Virus record (IMG/VR): IMGVR_UViG_3300045988_153198
Length of the DNA stretch: 64,000 nucleotides
DNA from: a virus
Reading direction: 5' to 3' (one strand)
In this document: piece after piece, positions 22,405 to 31,729 of the stretch
Layout of the letters: every line of letters starts with the position of its first letter
Position numbering within the stretch: position 1 is the first letter of the stretch
The notes under the pieces: model-generated
Database searches by the model: none
The model's input: the letters and a program-made list of their open reading frames with translations, nothing else
What the model was told of the DNA's origin: nothing
Translations under genes and position numbers: made by a program

Positions 22405-23093
22405 TGGCAAATCATTATTTAATGAAATATAAAGGTACATACAGAATCCTTCCTGAATTAGACCAAAACACACATGATATTCCTAGAAATAAAAGAGGAG
22501 AAATCATGGAGGGATATGATGATATTTACATTGCTTGCCAGAATGGAAATAAGATTTATACATACGGTCATATGAATGGCAATTCCAAAGTAGTCTGGTT
22601 GACAGCTTATATTCCTTCTATTGGTAGAGGTAGAAACATTAAGAAGGTGTTAGATGAGCAGCAGATTGAATATATCGAATATAGAGAATCTGATATAGAA
22701 GTCGAATTTAGATTTAAAGCAAAGGATATTGATACAATTGCCATTCTTTTAAAGGCAAAAACCAGCGGAGCAAACATAAGTCCATTTAGTGTCAAGAATC
22801 TTCCAAAGGCAAAAAATGTAGAAATACCTTCAGAAGAAATTGAACGATACAAAGCTATTTCAGCTCAGGTTGATAAATCTGATTTACTTATTATCCATAA
22901 GATTACCACTTCCTTTTTAACTGCTGTGCTTGAAAAGAAGTGTAAGAAAAAAGACAAATCGTTTGATGTTAAATCAGATATGAAAAAGTGCCTGATGAGT
23001 AGACAGATAAAAGAATATATCTGGACAAAAGGATTCTGGGATGAATTTCTTTCTTATTTTGAGAAAGAAGTTAAAAAGCATTATAGTAATTAA
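22404..23093 (+). CDS. Hypothetical protein
   Basis: 229-codon ORF coupled to the upstream stop (TAATG). Confidence 0.5.
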   Translation: MANHYLMKYKGTYRILPELDQNTHDIPRNKRGEIMEGYDDIYIACQNGNKIYTYGHMNGNSKVVWLTAYIPSIGRGRNIKKVLDEQQIEYIEYRESDIEVEFRFKAKDIDTIAILLKAKTSGANISPFSVKNLPKAKNVEIPSEEIERYKAISAQVDKSDLLIIHKITTSFLTAVLEKKCKKKDKSFDVKSDMKKCLMSRQIKEYIWTKGFWDEFLSYFEKEVKKHYSN

Positions 23094-23102
23094 GGTTATA
23101 CA
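23086..23102 (+). promoter_or_regulatory. Recurrent 17-mer, copy 5 (GTAATTAAGGTTATACA)
   Basis: Overlaps the stop of the upstream gene and lies 20 nt before the ATG at 23122. Confidence 0.5.
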
Positions 23103-23121
23103 TTGAAAGAAAGGATAAATA

Positions 23122-23292
23122 ATGAAATATACACAATCAGTTGTAACAATTAAAGAAGAGAACAGAATTGTATTTGAGAATACACTAAATAATTATTTGG
23201 AACACGAATATTCTATTGAATCATCTTCTTGTAATTGTAAAACATGGAAAGCAATTTTGATTAAAAATACTGCGAAAGGAAGTGAGAAGTAA
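23122..23292 (+). CDS. Small hypothetical protein (56 aa, not in ORF track)
   Basis: ATG follows AAAGGA. Translation is MKYTQSVVTIKEENRIVFENTLNNYLEHEYSIESSSCNCKTWKAILIKNTAKGSEK. Its stop overlaps the next start (TAATG). Confidence 0.45.
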   Translation: MKYTQSVVTIKEENRIVFENTLNNYLEHEYSIESSSCNCKTWKAILIKNTAKGSEK

Positions 23293-24572
23293 TGAACACA
23301 AATATTTTTGTACCAACTAAAATTAATGTAGGGTTTCAGGAACGTGAAGATACCTATACAGGAAAGTTGGCATATGTAATTTACTTTGATGAAAAAGGTA
23401 AATTACGAAAAGAGACTTCATGGCAAGGCTGGAGAGATGAAAATATTCCAAATGAAATCTATGATAATGAGCCAATGGAAGGATTTGTATTAAATAAGAA
23501 GGTTGGTGGAGATAGATATGGTTGGAATCCTAGACAGACATACACCAGAGTATATGACCCTAGAGGATTTGAGTTTGAAATTACAATTCCAAATCTGTTG
23601 TGGATTTTAGAAAATTGCAACTGTATCAAAGGTAAAGGACTTGAAGGTGAATTTGTTTATGGTTGGGATGGCAAAGAATTAGTTCTTGTACCTGTAGAAT
23701 CTTCGGACTATAAAGAAATTCAGGAAAAGAACAAAGTCATTCATAACAATACATTTATTAAAGCAAGAGATTTGATAATTGGTGCTACATATGAAGATTT
23801 GAATGGTAATCAATATGTATATATGGGGAAATCAAAACCTTGGAAAAATCAGTCAAATTATTATTATCATGAAAGTCATAGTTACTATTATAGTAACAAC
23901 AGAAAAGAAGGATATGAATATCCACTTGATGATACATGGTTAATCAGTAAATGTCGAAGTAGTTATTATAATAAAAATCTTACTTACTATAGAAGTATTC
24001 AAGAAGAAAAGAATGAATTTTTCTTTATTCTTCTTGGAAATCCTAATGCTGAATATAGTTGGTATAGAGAAAATAGAGTAACACATATGAAAGCAATCAC
24101 AAGAAAGTTCACCCATATGGTTCTTGAAAAAAGACCAGATTATCCAGATATGGTTAATCTGTTATATAGCAATGCTGAATATTGTCAAGAAGATTTTGAA
24201 GCAGATAAGCTTATTGATTTACCATATGACAAATTTATTGCTATGGCAGATGCAACAATAGTTAAATCTTTTGAAAGAAATTATAACTATTCTTTTAAAG
24301 TAGGAATAGAAAAAGATGAATTACTTAGTAGTAAAGAAATCTTATATTCAAGAGAAAATAAGAAATGGTACATTTACGAAACCGTTTATGAATCTTATGA
24401 AGAGAAAAAATGGTATTCAAATGAAACAGTAACAAAGACAAGAGAAAAAACAGTTAAAAAATATTTTGATACTATCGAAGAGTGTTATAAATATGTGCAT
24501 CCTGTATATGGAGAGCATTATTTAAAAAATGGATATTTAGAAAAGAGGTATTATTATGGCACAGAAAAATGA
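23292..24572 (+). CDS. Hypothetical protein (426 aa, Tyr/Asn-rich)
   Basis: Long uninterrupted ORF. No domain recognised by eye. Confidence 0.55.
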   Translation: MNTNIFVPTKINVGFQEREDTYTGKLAYVIYFDEKGKLRKETSWQGWRDENIPNEIYDNEPMEGFVLNKKVGGDRYGWNPRQTYTRVYDPRGFEFEITIPNLLWILENCNCIKGKGLEGEFVYGWDGKELVLVPVESSDYKEIQEKNKVIHNNTFIKARDLIIGATYEDLNGNQYVYMGKSKPWKNQSNYYYHESHSYYYSNNRKEGYEYPLDDTWLISKCRSSYYNKNLTYYRSIQEEKNEFFFILLGNPNAEYSWYRENRVTHMKAITRKFTHMVLEKRPDYPDMVNLLYSNAEYCQEDFEADKLIDLPYDKFIAMADATIVKSFERNYNYSFKVGIEKDELLSSKEILYSRENKKWYIYETVYESYEEKKWYSNETVTKTREKTVKKYFDTIEECYKYVHPVYGEHYLKNGYLEKRYYYGTEK

Positions 24573-24963
24573 TGAAAGAATTATGGAACTGAAGAAAACT
24601 ATCGAGAACAAAAGAAAAGAACTTGCATCTAAACCAACAAGATTCAATCCAGTAACTAACTGTTTATTGGTATTGGATAAAGTTACTTATAATTTGCACG
24701 TAGATTCCGATGAAATGTTATTGATTAAACTGAATAGTATTGCATTATCCGCAAAGGATTTAGGAATTTCTACTGCTACATTAGAGATTTCTGGAAGCTC
24801 TTTAGATGATTGGATTGTAGACGTAAAAGCTTATCTTGAAGTTAAAAGCTATAAATCTGAAAAGAAAAAACTGGATATGTTAGAAAAGCAGCTTACAGCT
24901 TTATTATCTGACGATAAGCAGACAGAACTTCAGATTGATAGTCTGGCAGCTATGTTAGAGTAA
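24556..24963 (+). CDS. Hypothetical protein
   Basis: 135-codon ORF overlapping the upstream gene by 17 nt. Confidence 0.5.
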   Translation: MAQKNDERIMELKKTIENKRKELASKPTRFNPVTNCLLVLDKVTYNLHVDSDEMLLIKLNSIALSAKDLGISTATLEISGSSLDDWIVDVKAYLEVKSYKSEKKKLDMLEKQLTALLSDDKQTELQIDSLAAMLE

Positions 24964-24971
24964 AACAGCAA

Positions 24972-24988
24972 ACTATTAAGGTTATATG
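24972..24988 (+). promoter_or_regulatory. Recurrent 17-mer, copy 6 (ACTATTAAGGTTATATG)
   Basis: 15/17 match, 17 nt upstream of the ATG at 25005. Confidence 0.5.
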
Positions 24989-25004
24989 CTAGAGAGGATT
25001 AAAT

Positions 25005-26033
25005 ATGAATATTGAACAGATTAAAGAAAAATTGAAATCAGAAGAATATGATTTCCTTAGAACAGACCCACATTTAGGAAATAATATTATCCTGTTAGGA
25101 TTAGGCGGTTTTCATGCCTATGGTACGAATATTGAAACATCCGACTTAGATGTTCGTGGTTGTGCAATAAATAGCAAAATTGAAATTTTAACAAATGTGA
25201 ATTTTGAACAGTGTTGCAACGAAGCTACAGATACAACTATTTATTCACTCAATAAACTCATTCATTTATTGAGTAATTGCAACCCAAATACAATTGAATT
25301 ACTTGGACTTAAACCCGAACATTATTTATATGTTTCTCCAATTGGTCAGGAACTTTTGGATAATAAAGATTTGTTCCTATCCAAAAGAGCAATTCAATCA
25401 TTTGGTGGTTATGCATATAGTCAATTACGAAGATTGGACAACAAAGCAGCAAGACTTGTAGGACAGTCTGAGAGAGAGAAGCATATCCTTAACAGTATTC
25501 GAAATGCTTCATATGACTTTAAAAATAAGTATTTTCCATTTGATGAAGATTCAATAAAACTTTATATTGATAAATCTCATCAAGAAGAAATGGATACTGA
25601 GATTTATATGGATGTAACACTTTCTCATTATCCACTTAGAGATTATAAATCAATGTGGAGCGAAATGAATAACATTGTAAAAGACTATGCCAAAATAGGA
25701 AAACGAAATAAAAATGCTATTGAGCATGGTAAATTGGCAAAACACATGATGCATTTAATCAGGCTTTATCTTATGGTAATAGATATTCTTGAGAAGAAAG
25801 AAATTATTACTTATAGAGAAAACGACCATGACTTTTTAATGGAAATCAGAAATGGTAAATATCTTGATGTCAACCGTCAGCCTACCGAAGAGTTCTTTTC
25901 TATTGTAGAAAATCTTCAGAAACGATTCGAATATGCAAAACAAAATACGGATTTACCAGACAATCCTGATTATAAACGTATCAATGAATTTATGGCAAGT
26001 GTAAATGAAAGAGTAGTAAGAGGTGAAATTTAA
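25005..26033 (+). CDS. Pol-beta-superfamily nucleotidyltransferase (RlaP/PF10127-like)
   Basis: NTase signature GGFHAYGTNIETSDLDVRG (Gly-rich loop followed by DxD). Length and helical C-terminal half fit the predicted RNA-repair nucleotidyltransferases. Confidence 0.55.
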   Translation: MNIEQIKEKLKSEEYDFLRTDPHLGNNIILLGLGGFHAYGTNIETSDLDVRGCAINSKIEILTNVNFEQCCNEATDTTIYSLNKLIHLLSNCNPNTIELLGLKPEHYLYVSPIGQELLDNKDLFLSKRAIQSFGGYAYSQLRRLDNKAARLVGQSEREKHILNSIRNASYDFKNKYFPFDEDSIKLYIDKSHQEEMDTEIYMDVTLSHYPLRDYKSMWSEMNNIVKDYAKIGKRNKNAIEHGKLAKHMMHLIRLYLMVIDILEKKEIITYRENDHDFLMEIRNGKYLDVNRQPTEEFFSIVENLQKRFEYAKQNTDLPDNPDYKRINEFMASVNERVVRGEI

Positions 26034-26851
26034 TGGCACTAATAGGAGCAATTATTGGAGATATTATTGGAAGTCGATTTGAATTTCCAGACCAAAGACC
26101 AGAAACATTAGATTGGGAACATTGTCCACTTTTCAATGGTTACTTGAATGAATTTACCGATGATACTGTATTGGCTATTGCGACTAAATATGCAATTGAC
26201 CATTATAAAGGTAATTTTGGAAAAGCCTATAAAGAGTTTGGCAGAAAATTCCCAGATGTGGGATATGGTGATATGTTCTTTAAATGGTTGAACAATAAAA
26301 TCACTGATTATAAATCAACTGGAAATGGTTCAGCTATGAGAGTTGCATATATAGGAGATATAGTACACGACATTAATTCTGTCATAGCATTGTCCAAGAG
26401 TTCTGCAATATGCACACATAATACAGAAGGTGGTATTACAGGAGCTTGTATGACTGCATCTGCTATTGCAATGGCAAATTCAGGATATAGTAAAAATGAT
26501 ATTCTAAATATTTGTCAACTGACCTACAAAGGTAAATTATATGATGGTACACAAACAATGGAAGAACTTCAAAAATCATATGTTTGGAGTGACAGATGTG
26601 AATTAACTGTACCAGTAGCAATCCAGTGTTTTATTGAAAGTCATGATTATGAGAGCTGTATGAGAAATTGTCTAAGTTTACATTGTGATATGGATACTAT
26701 GTGTTGCATATCAGGAGGTATTGCAGAAGCCTATTATAAAACAACAGGATTAGATAATAAGAAAATCCTCAAAACATATTTACCACCATATTTATACAAA
26801 TGTATTGAGGATATTGTTGAAAAAGAGGAGAAAACAGATGATTGCAAGTGA
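26033..26851 (+). CDS. ADP-ribosylglycohydrolase family protein
   Basis: GAIIGDIIGSRFEF near the N-terminus, then GNGSAMR, then C-terminal DTMCCISGGIAEAYY. This pattern is typical of the DraG/ARH fold. Confidence 0.7.
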   Translation: MALIGAIIGDIIGSRFEFPDQRPETLDWEHCPLFNGYLNEFTDDTVLAIATKYAIDHYKGNFGKAYKEFGRKFPDVGYGDMFFKWLNNKITDYKSTGNGSAMRVAYIGDIVHDINSVIALSKSSAICTHNTEGGITGACMTASAIAMANSGYSKNDILNICQLTYKGKLYDGTQTMEELQKSYVWSDRCELTVPVAIQCFIESHDYESCMRNCLSLHCDMDTMCCISGGIAEAYYKTTGLDNKKILKTYLPPYLYKCIEDIVEKEEKTDDCK

Positions 26852-28280
26852 TAGAGGGTATATGACATTTAATAATGCCATGATTCCTGAAGGAGCAAAA
26901 TACCTCATCTATATTCTTACAAAATACGGAAGATTTCAGGCTTATTTGGTTGGTGGTTGTGTGAGGGATATGTGTATGAATCGTATCCCTCATGACTGGG
27001 ATATTACCACAAATGCTACACCAAACGAAATGATTTCTATTATAGAAACTATTTGTAAAAGAGATGAGAGAAATATTCAGATTGTTCTAACAGGACTAAA
27101 ACATGGAACAGTTACTTTTGTACTTGATGGTGAAGGATATGAAATAACAACCTTTAGAAATGATGGTAAATATTCCGATAATCGTAGACCAGACAAAGTA
27201 ACATTTACAAACAATCTTCTTGAAGATTTATCCAGAAGAGACTTTACAATCAATACAATTACATACAACCAATATATCGGATTTCAGGATTTTTATGATG
27301 GAATAAAAGATATAAGAAATAAAATAATTTGTTGTGTTGGAAATCCCCAAGAGAGATTTAAAGAAGATGGTTTGAGAATACTTAGAGCTATAAGATTTGC
27401 AGCTCAATTAAAATTTATAATTGAAGAAAATACATCTCAGGCAATACATAGTGAAAGGGAATTACTTGATAATATCTCTCAGGAACGTATTTCACAGGAA
27501 TTGTCAAAAATTCTTATGAGTGAGAATTGTGGCAATGAAGTATTAAGAGAATATGCGGATGTAATTTATCAGATAATTCCTGAGATTAAGCCTATGATTG
27601 GCTTTAAACAAAATAATCCATATCATTTATATGATGTCTGGGAACATACATTACATTGCATGGATGATGTTACTTCAGATACAGATTTAATTACCAGATT
27701 GGCTATTTTCCTTCATGACATAGGAAAGCCAAACAATTATGTTGAAGATGAAAATGGCATTGGTCATTTTTATGGTCATGCACATTCATCATATGCTATT
27801 GCTCAAGAAGTTTTAAAAAGACTTCGCTATAGCAATGATATTGTTGAATCAGTATCACAATTAATTGATTGTCATGATGTTACTTTAACTCCGACTAAAG
27901 CAGCAGTAAAAAGACTGTTGAATAAATTGGGCGAAAAGCAATTAAGAAGATTGCTTGTTTTAAGAACACATGATATTAAAGGTCAATCATCCAAAGATAT
28001 AGAATTGAGACTTGAAAAGGTATATAAAGTATCAGAAATTTTAGACTGGATAGTTGAACAATCAGAATGTTTTCAATTAAAAGACCTTGCTATCAATGGC
28101 AGAGATTTAATAGAAATCGGTATTCCAGAAGGGAAGCTAATAGGTAAAATACTGAATCTTTGTTTGGCATATGTTATTGATGGAACTGTTGATAACACTA
28201 GAGAAGAATTATTCAAAGTGGCGAATATGTTATTTACCACCAATCCAACATTATATACAGGAGGACGAACTAATGACTAA
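26838..28280 (+). CDS. cca: tRNA nucleotidyltransferase (CCA-adding enzyme) with HD domain
   Basis: Head-domain motifs GGCVRD, HDWDITT and RRDFTIN. HD motif LHDIGK. Start ATG 26838 follows AGAGGAG. Confidence 0.8.
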   Translation: MIASDRGYMTFNNAMIPEGAKYLIYILTKYGRFQAYLVGGCVRDMCMNRIPHDWDITTNATPNEMISIIETICKRDERNIQIVLTGLKHGTVTFVLDGEGYEITTFRNDGKYSDNRRPDKVTFTNNLLEDLSRRDFTINTITYNQYIGFQDFYDGIKDIRNKIICCVGNPQERFKEDGLRILRAIRFAAQLKFIIEENTSQAIHSERELLDNISQERISQELSKILMSENCGNEVLREYADVIYQIIPEIKPMIGFKQNNPYHLYDVWEHTLHCMDDVTSDTDLITRLAIFLHDIGKPNNYVEDENGIGHFYGHAHSSYAIAQEVLKRLRYSNDIVESVSQLIDCHDVTLTPTKAAVKRLLNKLGEKQLRRLLVLRTHDIKGQSSKDIELRLEKVYKVSEILDWIVEQSECFQLKDLAINGRDLIEIGIPEGKLIGKILNLCLAYVIDGTVDNTREELFKVANMLFTTNPTLYTGGRTND

Positions 28281-29124
28281 AGCAGATAGATATTTAGGAC
28301 ACGAAATATGTGATATTCTTTCAGAGGGATATAAAGACGTTAATCCCAGACCAAAATATGCGGATGGAACACCAGCCCATACAATTTCAATTAATCAGGT
28401 AATGAGAAAATATGATTTATCAAAAGGTGAATTTCCTATTTGCACTCTCAGACCGATGGCTTGGAAAACAGCTATCAGAGAAATCTTTACAATCTATCAG
28501 AAACCCACGAATGTTATTTCTGAAATGGAAGAAATGGGAGTATCATGGTGGTCACCTTGGAACATTGGAGATGGTACAATTGGTCAAAGATACGGAGCTA
28601 CTGTTAAAAGATATGACCTTGTAAATAAACTTATCAATGATATTAAAACAGACCCTTATGGCAGAAGAAAAATTATGTCTCTTTGGCAAGAAACAGATTT
28701 AGCAGAAACAGAAGGTCTTGCTCCATGTGCTTTCCTTACAATGTGGAATGTTAGAGGAGAATATCTTGATATGACACTCATTCAAAGAAGTGGAGATATG
28801 CTTACTGCATCTGGAGCTGGAGGAATGAATGAAATTCAGTATGCAGCATTGCTCATGATGATTGCAAGACATACAGGATATAAAGCTGGTGTATTTTGCC
28901 ATTTTGTACAAAATGAGCAGATTTATGACCGTCATGAAGAACAGGCAATAGAAATTTTTAATAGATTTAAAAAATTACTTGTTCATGAAGAGGATGAAAT
29001 AATTCGTCCAGAATTGATACTTAATCCAGAAAAGAATAATTTTTATGATTTTATCATTGAAGATTTTACCTTATTGGATTATGAGCCAATTCGCCCTCAA
29101 TTAAAACTTGATTTGGGTATTTAG
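28273..29124 (+). CDS. thyA: Thymidylate synthase (ThyA family)
   Basis: Catalytic LAPC, QRSGDM and NEIQYAAL (Asn at the dUMP-specificity position). Start ATG 28273 overlaps the cca stop. Confidence 0.8.
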   Translation: MTKADRYLGHEICDILSEGYKDVNPRPKYADGTPAHTISINQVMRKYDLSKGEFPICTLRPMAWKTAIREIFTIYQKPTNVISEMEEMGVSWWSPWNIGDGTIGQRYGATVKRYDLVNKLINDIKTDPYGRRKIMSLWQETDLAETEGLAPCAFLTMWNVRGEYLDMTLIQRSGDMLTASGAGGMNEIQYAALLMMIARHTGYKAGVFCHFVQNEQIYDRHEEQAIEIFNRFKKLLVHEEDEIIRPELILNPEKNNFYDFIIEDFTLLDYEPIRPQLKLDLGI

Positions 29125-29148
29125 GATAATATAAGGAGAGGAATAACA

Positions 29149-29382
29149 TTGAAAAATACAAAATGTAATCGTTGTGATAAAGTAAACAATTACAAGAAAA
29201 AATGTGAAAAATATAAAGCAAAATATAAAATAGCAAAATCTGGTTTATCAGACGAAGAAAGAGAAACAATTATTGAATTGATTTGCAATGAACAAATCAA
29301 ACATATGATTGCTAAAAACGAATATGAATCTGATAGATATAATGCCTTAGAGCAACTGAAGGCAAAAATAAGAATTGTATAG
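29149..29382 (+). CDS. Hypothetical protein
   Basis: TTG start behind a strong RBS (TAAGGAGAGG). 77 codons. Confidence 0.45.
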   Translation: MKNTKCNRCDKVNNYKKKCEKYKAKYKIAKSGLSDEERETIIELICNEQIKHMIAKNEYESDRYNALEQLKAKIRIV

Positions 29383-29391
29383 GAGGATACT

Positions 29392-30132
29392 ATGATAGCA
29401 GCAGTAGTGTGTGTAGATAAAAATTTTGGCATTGGTAATAAAGGAGAATTATTAGTTAATATTCCAGAAGATATGAAATTATTCAAAAAAATTACTTCTA
29501 ACGGTGCTGTAATTATGGGAAGAAAAACATGGGATTCTTTACCTAAGAAACCACTTCCTGATAGAACCAACATCATTATCACTAGAAAATGTAAGAAAAA
29601 TCCAAAGGTTCAAAAAGATGGTACAATTCATTCCAATATGAAATGCATCAAAGCTTGGTTAGCTCAAAAGGATGTAATTGATAACAATAATGGTATTTAT
29701 ATTATTGGTGGTGGACAGATTTATTCAGAGCTTTTAAATTCTTGTGAACGTGTATATATTACTAAGGTATTTACAGAATCAGATGCAGATACATACTTCC
29801 CTAATATTGATGAAAAACCAGAATGGGAATTAACAGAAACATCTGAGATTAAAGAGCATAAGGGAATACAGTATCAATTTTGTGTTTATGACAGATGCGA
29901 TTATGTAATCACAAATACACAAACTCCTAAAAACTCTAATACTGCAAATGGGTTTGATTTGGTAGTAACAGTAAAAGCTTTTAATGGATATAAAACAGTT
30001 GTTGTTCAGGTAGATAAAGATAACAAGGTAAATGTATTTGCAGACACATGGGAATATCTTCACAATGAAAAAAATCTTATGAAATTTATTGACAAAGTAC
30101 AAGCATTTGAGAAGGAGAAAAACAATGGATAA
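29392..30132 (+). CDS. folA: Dihydrofolate reductase with C-terminal extension
   Basis: DHFR blocks [45 protein letters not shown] and IIGGGQIY. About 80 extra C-terminal residues. Confidence 0.8.
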   Translation: MIAAVVCVDKNFGIGNKGELLVNIPEDMKLFKKITSNGAVIMGRKTWDSLPKKPLPDRTNIIITRKCKKNPKVQKDGTIHSNMKCIKAWLAQKDVIDNNNGIYIIGGGQIYSELLNSCERVYITKVFTESDADTYFPNIDEKPEWELTETSEIKEHKGIQYQFCVYDRCDYVITNTQTPKNSNTANGFDLVVTVKAFNGYKTVVVQVDKDNKVNVFADTWEYLHNEKNLMKFIDKVQAFEKEKNNG

Positions 30133-30439
30133 TAACAGTAGATTAAAAGTTGGTGATATTGTTCAACATTTCAAAAGAGAATTTTTAAAAGGTAGCTGGG
30201 TGGATTCATCCAGCAAATACCTTTATAAAATCATTGGATTTGCTCAACATTCAGAAACAAAAGAAAAGTTAGTTGTTTATCAGGCATTATATAAAGATGA
30301 AAAGTCAGGTGTTAATTTTGGATTATATGTAAGACCTTACGATATGTTTATGAGTGAAGTTGACCATTATAAATATCCAGAAATTAAACAGAAGTATAGA
30401 TTTGAAATATTTCATACAAAAGAGGAGGTAAGTCAATGA
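30125..30439 (+). CDS. DUF1653-like protein
   Basis: HFKREF...[23 protein letters not shown]...YVRPYDMF matches the DUF1653 pattern. Start ATG 30125 follows GAAGGAG. Confidence 0.55.
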   Translation: MDNNSRLKVGDIVQHFKREFLKGSWVDSSSKYLYKIIGFAQHSETKEKLVVYQALYKDEKSGVNFGLYVRPYDMFMSEVDHYKYPEIKQKYRFEIFHTKEEVSQ

Positions 30440-30960
30440 TTGTATTAGTCGGTGAAAGTGCCAGTGGTAAATCAAGTATTGAAAAAAATTTGGTTGACAA
30501 TTATGGTTATAAAAAAATTGTATCATACACTACAAGACAACCAAGACAGGGAGAAGTTGATGGTATTGACTATCATTATATTTCTGAATCTCAATTTTCA
30601 AATCTGCAAAAAGAAGAGTTTTTTGCAGAGATTGGGGAATACAATGGATGGCATTATGGTACTGCAAAAAATGATTGCACATCTGATAAAGTGGCAGTAG
30701 TAACACCACATGGATTACGTCAACTTAAAAAGATTCCCAATCTGGATATTCGTGCTTTTTACATCAATGTACCTCGTAGAGATAGACTGATTAAAATTCT
30801 TCAAAGAGGTGATAATATTGAAGAAGCATATCGCAGAAGTTTGTCAGATGTTGGTCAGTTTGATGGTATTGCCGATGAGGTAGATTACATTATTGACAAT
30901 AAAGCTTATAGTAAAACTATTGAGCAAATGTCAAAAATTGTACTATCTCATCTATCATAA
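30436..30960 (+). CDS. Guanylate-kinase-like (d)NMP kinase
   Basis: P-loop GESASGKSS and guanylate-kinase block [20 protein letters not shown]. Confidence 0.7.
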   Translation: MIVLVGESASGKSSIEKNLVDNYGYKKIVSYTTRQPRQGEVDGIDYHYISESQFSNLQKEEFFAEIGEYNGWHYGTAKNDCTSDKVAVVTPHGLRQLKKIPNLDIRAFYINVPRRDRLIKILQRGDNIEEAYRRSLSDVGQFDGIADEVDYIIDNKAYSKTIEQMSKIVLSHLS

Positions 30961-30966
30961 AACTAC

Positions 30967-30995
30967 TTGACAACTACAAGAGATGACCTTATAAT
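30967..30995 (+). promoter_or_regulatory. Consensus sigma-70-type promoter
   Basis: TTGACA (30967-30972), exactly 17 nt, TATAAT (30990-30995). Shares ATAAAACTACTTGACA with the promoter at 12753-12769. Confidence 0.65.
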
Positions 30996-31002
30996 ATAAA
31001 AC

Positions 31003-31278
31003 AACAAGGTTATCTCCATGTCACAGGGCAAACCCGATTATCCAGTTTTAGGGCAAAAAAGCTATCCAGTTTGATTGTTTAACTAGCTTCGCTAGATGCT
31101 CAACTAGATAGAAAGTTTCAGCCAGTGAAAAATCTAAATTCACGTAAAAAAGCGTGAAAGTGTCCAAGCATAAGAATTGACCTTGTTGGTCTGATAGAGA
31201 TAATACTTCAAGAATAACTTCTCAATAAAGAGATAACTTCTCATAGTATATGCTCATCAGACTTACAAGGTCTTTTTT
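31003..31278 (+). ncRNA. Candidate ~275-nt non-coding transcript
   Basis: Bounded by the consensus promoter and a long stem: GACCTTGT-TG-GTCTGAT (31179-31195) pairs with ATCAGAC-TT-ACAAGGTC (31256-31272), followed by TTTTTT (31273-31278). The longest ORF is 18 codons with no RBS. Internal hairpins are CTAGC-ttc-GCTAG and CACG-N8-CGTG. Confidence 0.4.
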
Positions 31279-31363
31279 GTTACATCAAATTATATTTGTT
31301 ACACAATTTGCTTGTACGGTCAAAAGAATGACCTTGTAACCTATAATGAATTTCTTACAACCA

Positions 31364-31405
31364 ACAAAAAATGGGAACATCCTACTGCGAATAGGAAGCT
31401 CCCAT
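31364..31405 (-). terminator. Terminator of the first mini-cassette
   Basis: Hairpin ATGGGA..TCCTA / TAGGA..TCCCAT (31371-31405), followed on the minus strand by TTTTTGT. Confidence 0.45.
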
Positions 31406-31418
31406 CATTGAAAAAGTA

Positions 31419-31634
31419 TTATTTTATCCTGTTAATAAGTAAAGGATTATACATCAAAATTTCATTAAGAGTTATGGCTTTGGAAATTTCCATATACTCA
31501 AAAAATGAAACAGGACAAAATTCAATAACCTTACCTGATTGACAGGTAATAGTTAGAGAGTTGCTTTCCCAGTTTATTGCCTGAATTAGTGTTGGGTTCG
31601 GGCTTGTGTGAACTGGACTTGTAAGAATATTCAT
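31419..31634 (-). CDS. Small protein, paralogue of 32076-32255 (KTSC-like pattern)
   Basis: RBS AAAGAGGTGA. Has its own promoter and terminator. Shares the pattern I.W....N.L.......G.V......VSF..Y with the second cassette. Confidence 0.55.
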   Translation of the reverse strand: MNILTSPVHTSPNPTLIQAINWESNSLTITCQSGKVIEFCPVSFFEYMEISKAITLNEILMYNPLLINRIK

Positions 31635-31714
31635 AATATCACCTCTTTCCTCTGCACAGTATTAATCTGTTATATAAGTGTTGCAGCCTGTTATTGGTAC
31701 TAACAGACCACAAT

Positions 31715-31729
31715 ATTATTATACGAGAA
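31715..31729 (-). promoter_or_regulatory. Promoter core TTCTCGTATAATAAT (minus strand)
   Basis: Plus strand reads ATTATTATACGAGAA. About 75 nt upstream of the ATG at 31634. Confidence 0.55.

Noticed and set aside
28273-29124. ThyA homologue as a dUMP/dCMP hydroxymethylase indicating modified DNA
   Set aside because: The specificity position retains Asn (NEIQY), as in thymidylate synthases, and a DHFR is present. Nothing in the sequence specifically supports hydroxymethylase activity.
29190-29582. 130-aa antisense ORF, and similar antisense or alternative-frame ORFs (for example 1193-1513, 3270-3841, 42841-43161, 46554-51110, 61355-61836, 63436-63639)
   Set aside because: All lie inside long, motif-supported genes on the opposite strand or in another frame. 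They lack RBSs and have low-complexity or hydrophobic compositions typical of AT-rich antisense frames.
31018-31074. 18-codon ORF MSQGKPDYPVLGQKSYPV at the start of the candidate ncRNA
   Set aside because: No Shine-Dalgarno sequence precedes it and it is very short. It cannot be excluded as a leader peptide, but it is not reported as a CDS.
31312-31542. 76-aa plus-strand ORF
   Set aside because: It has no RBS, it overlaps the better-supported minus-strand cassette gene (which has its own promoter, RBS and terminator), and it spans that cassette's terminator hairpin.
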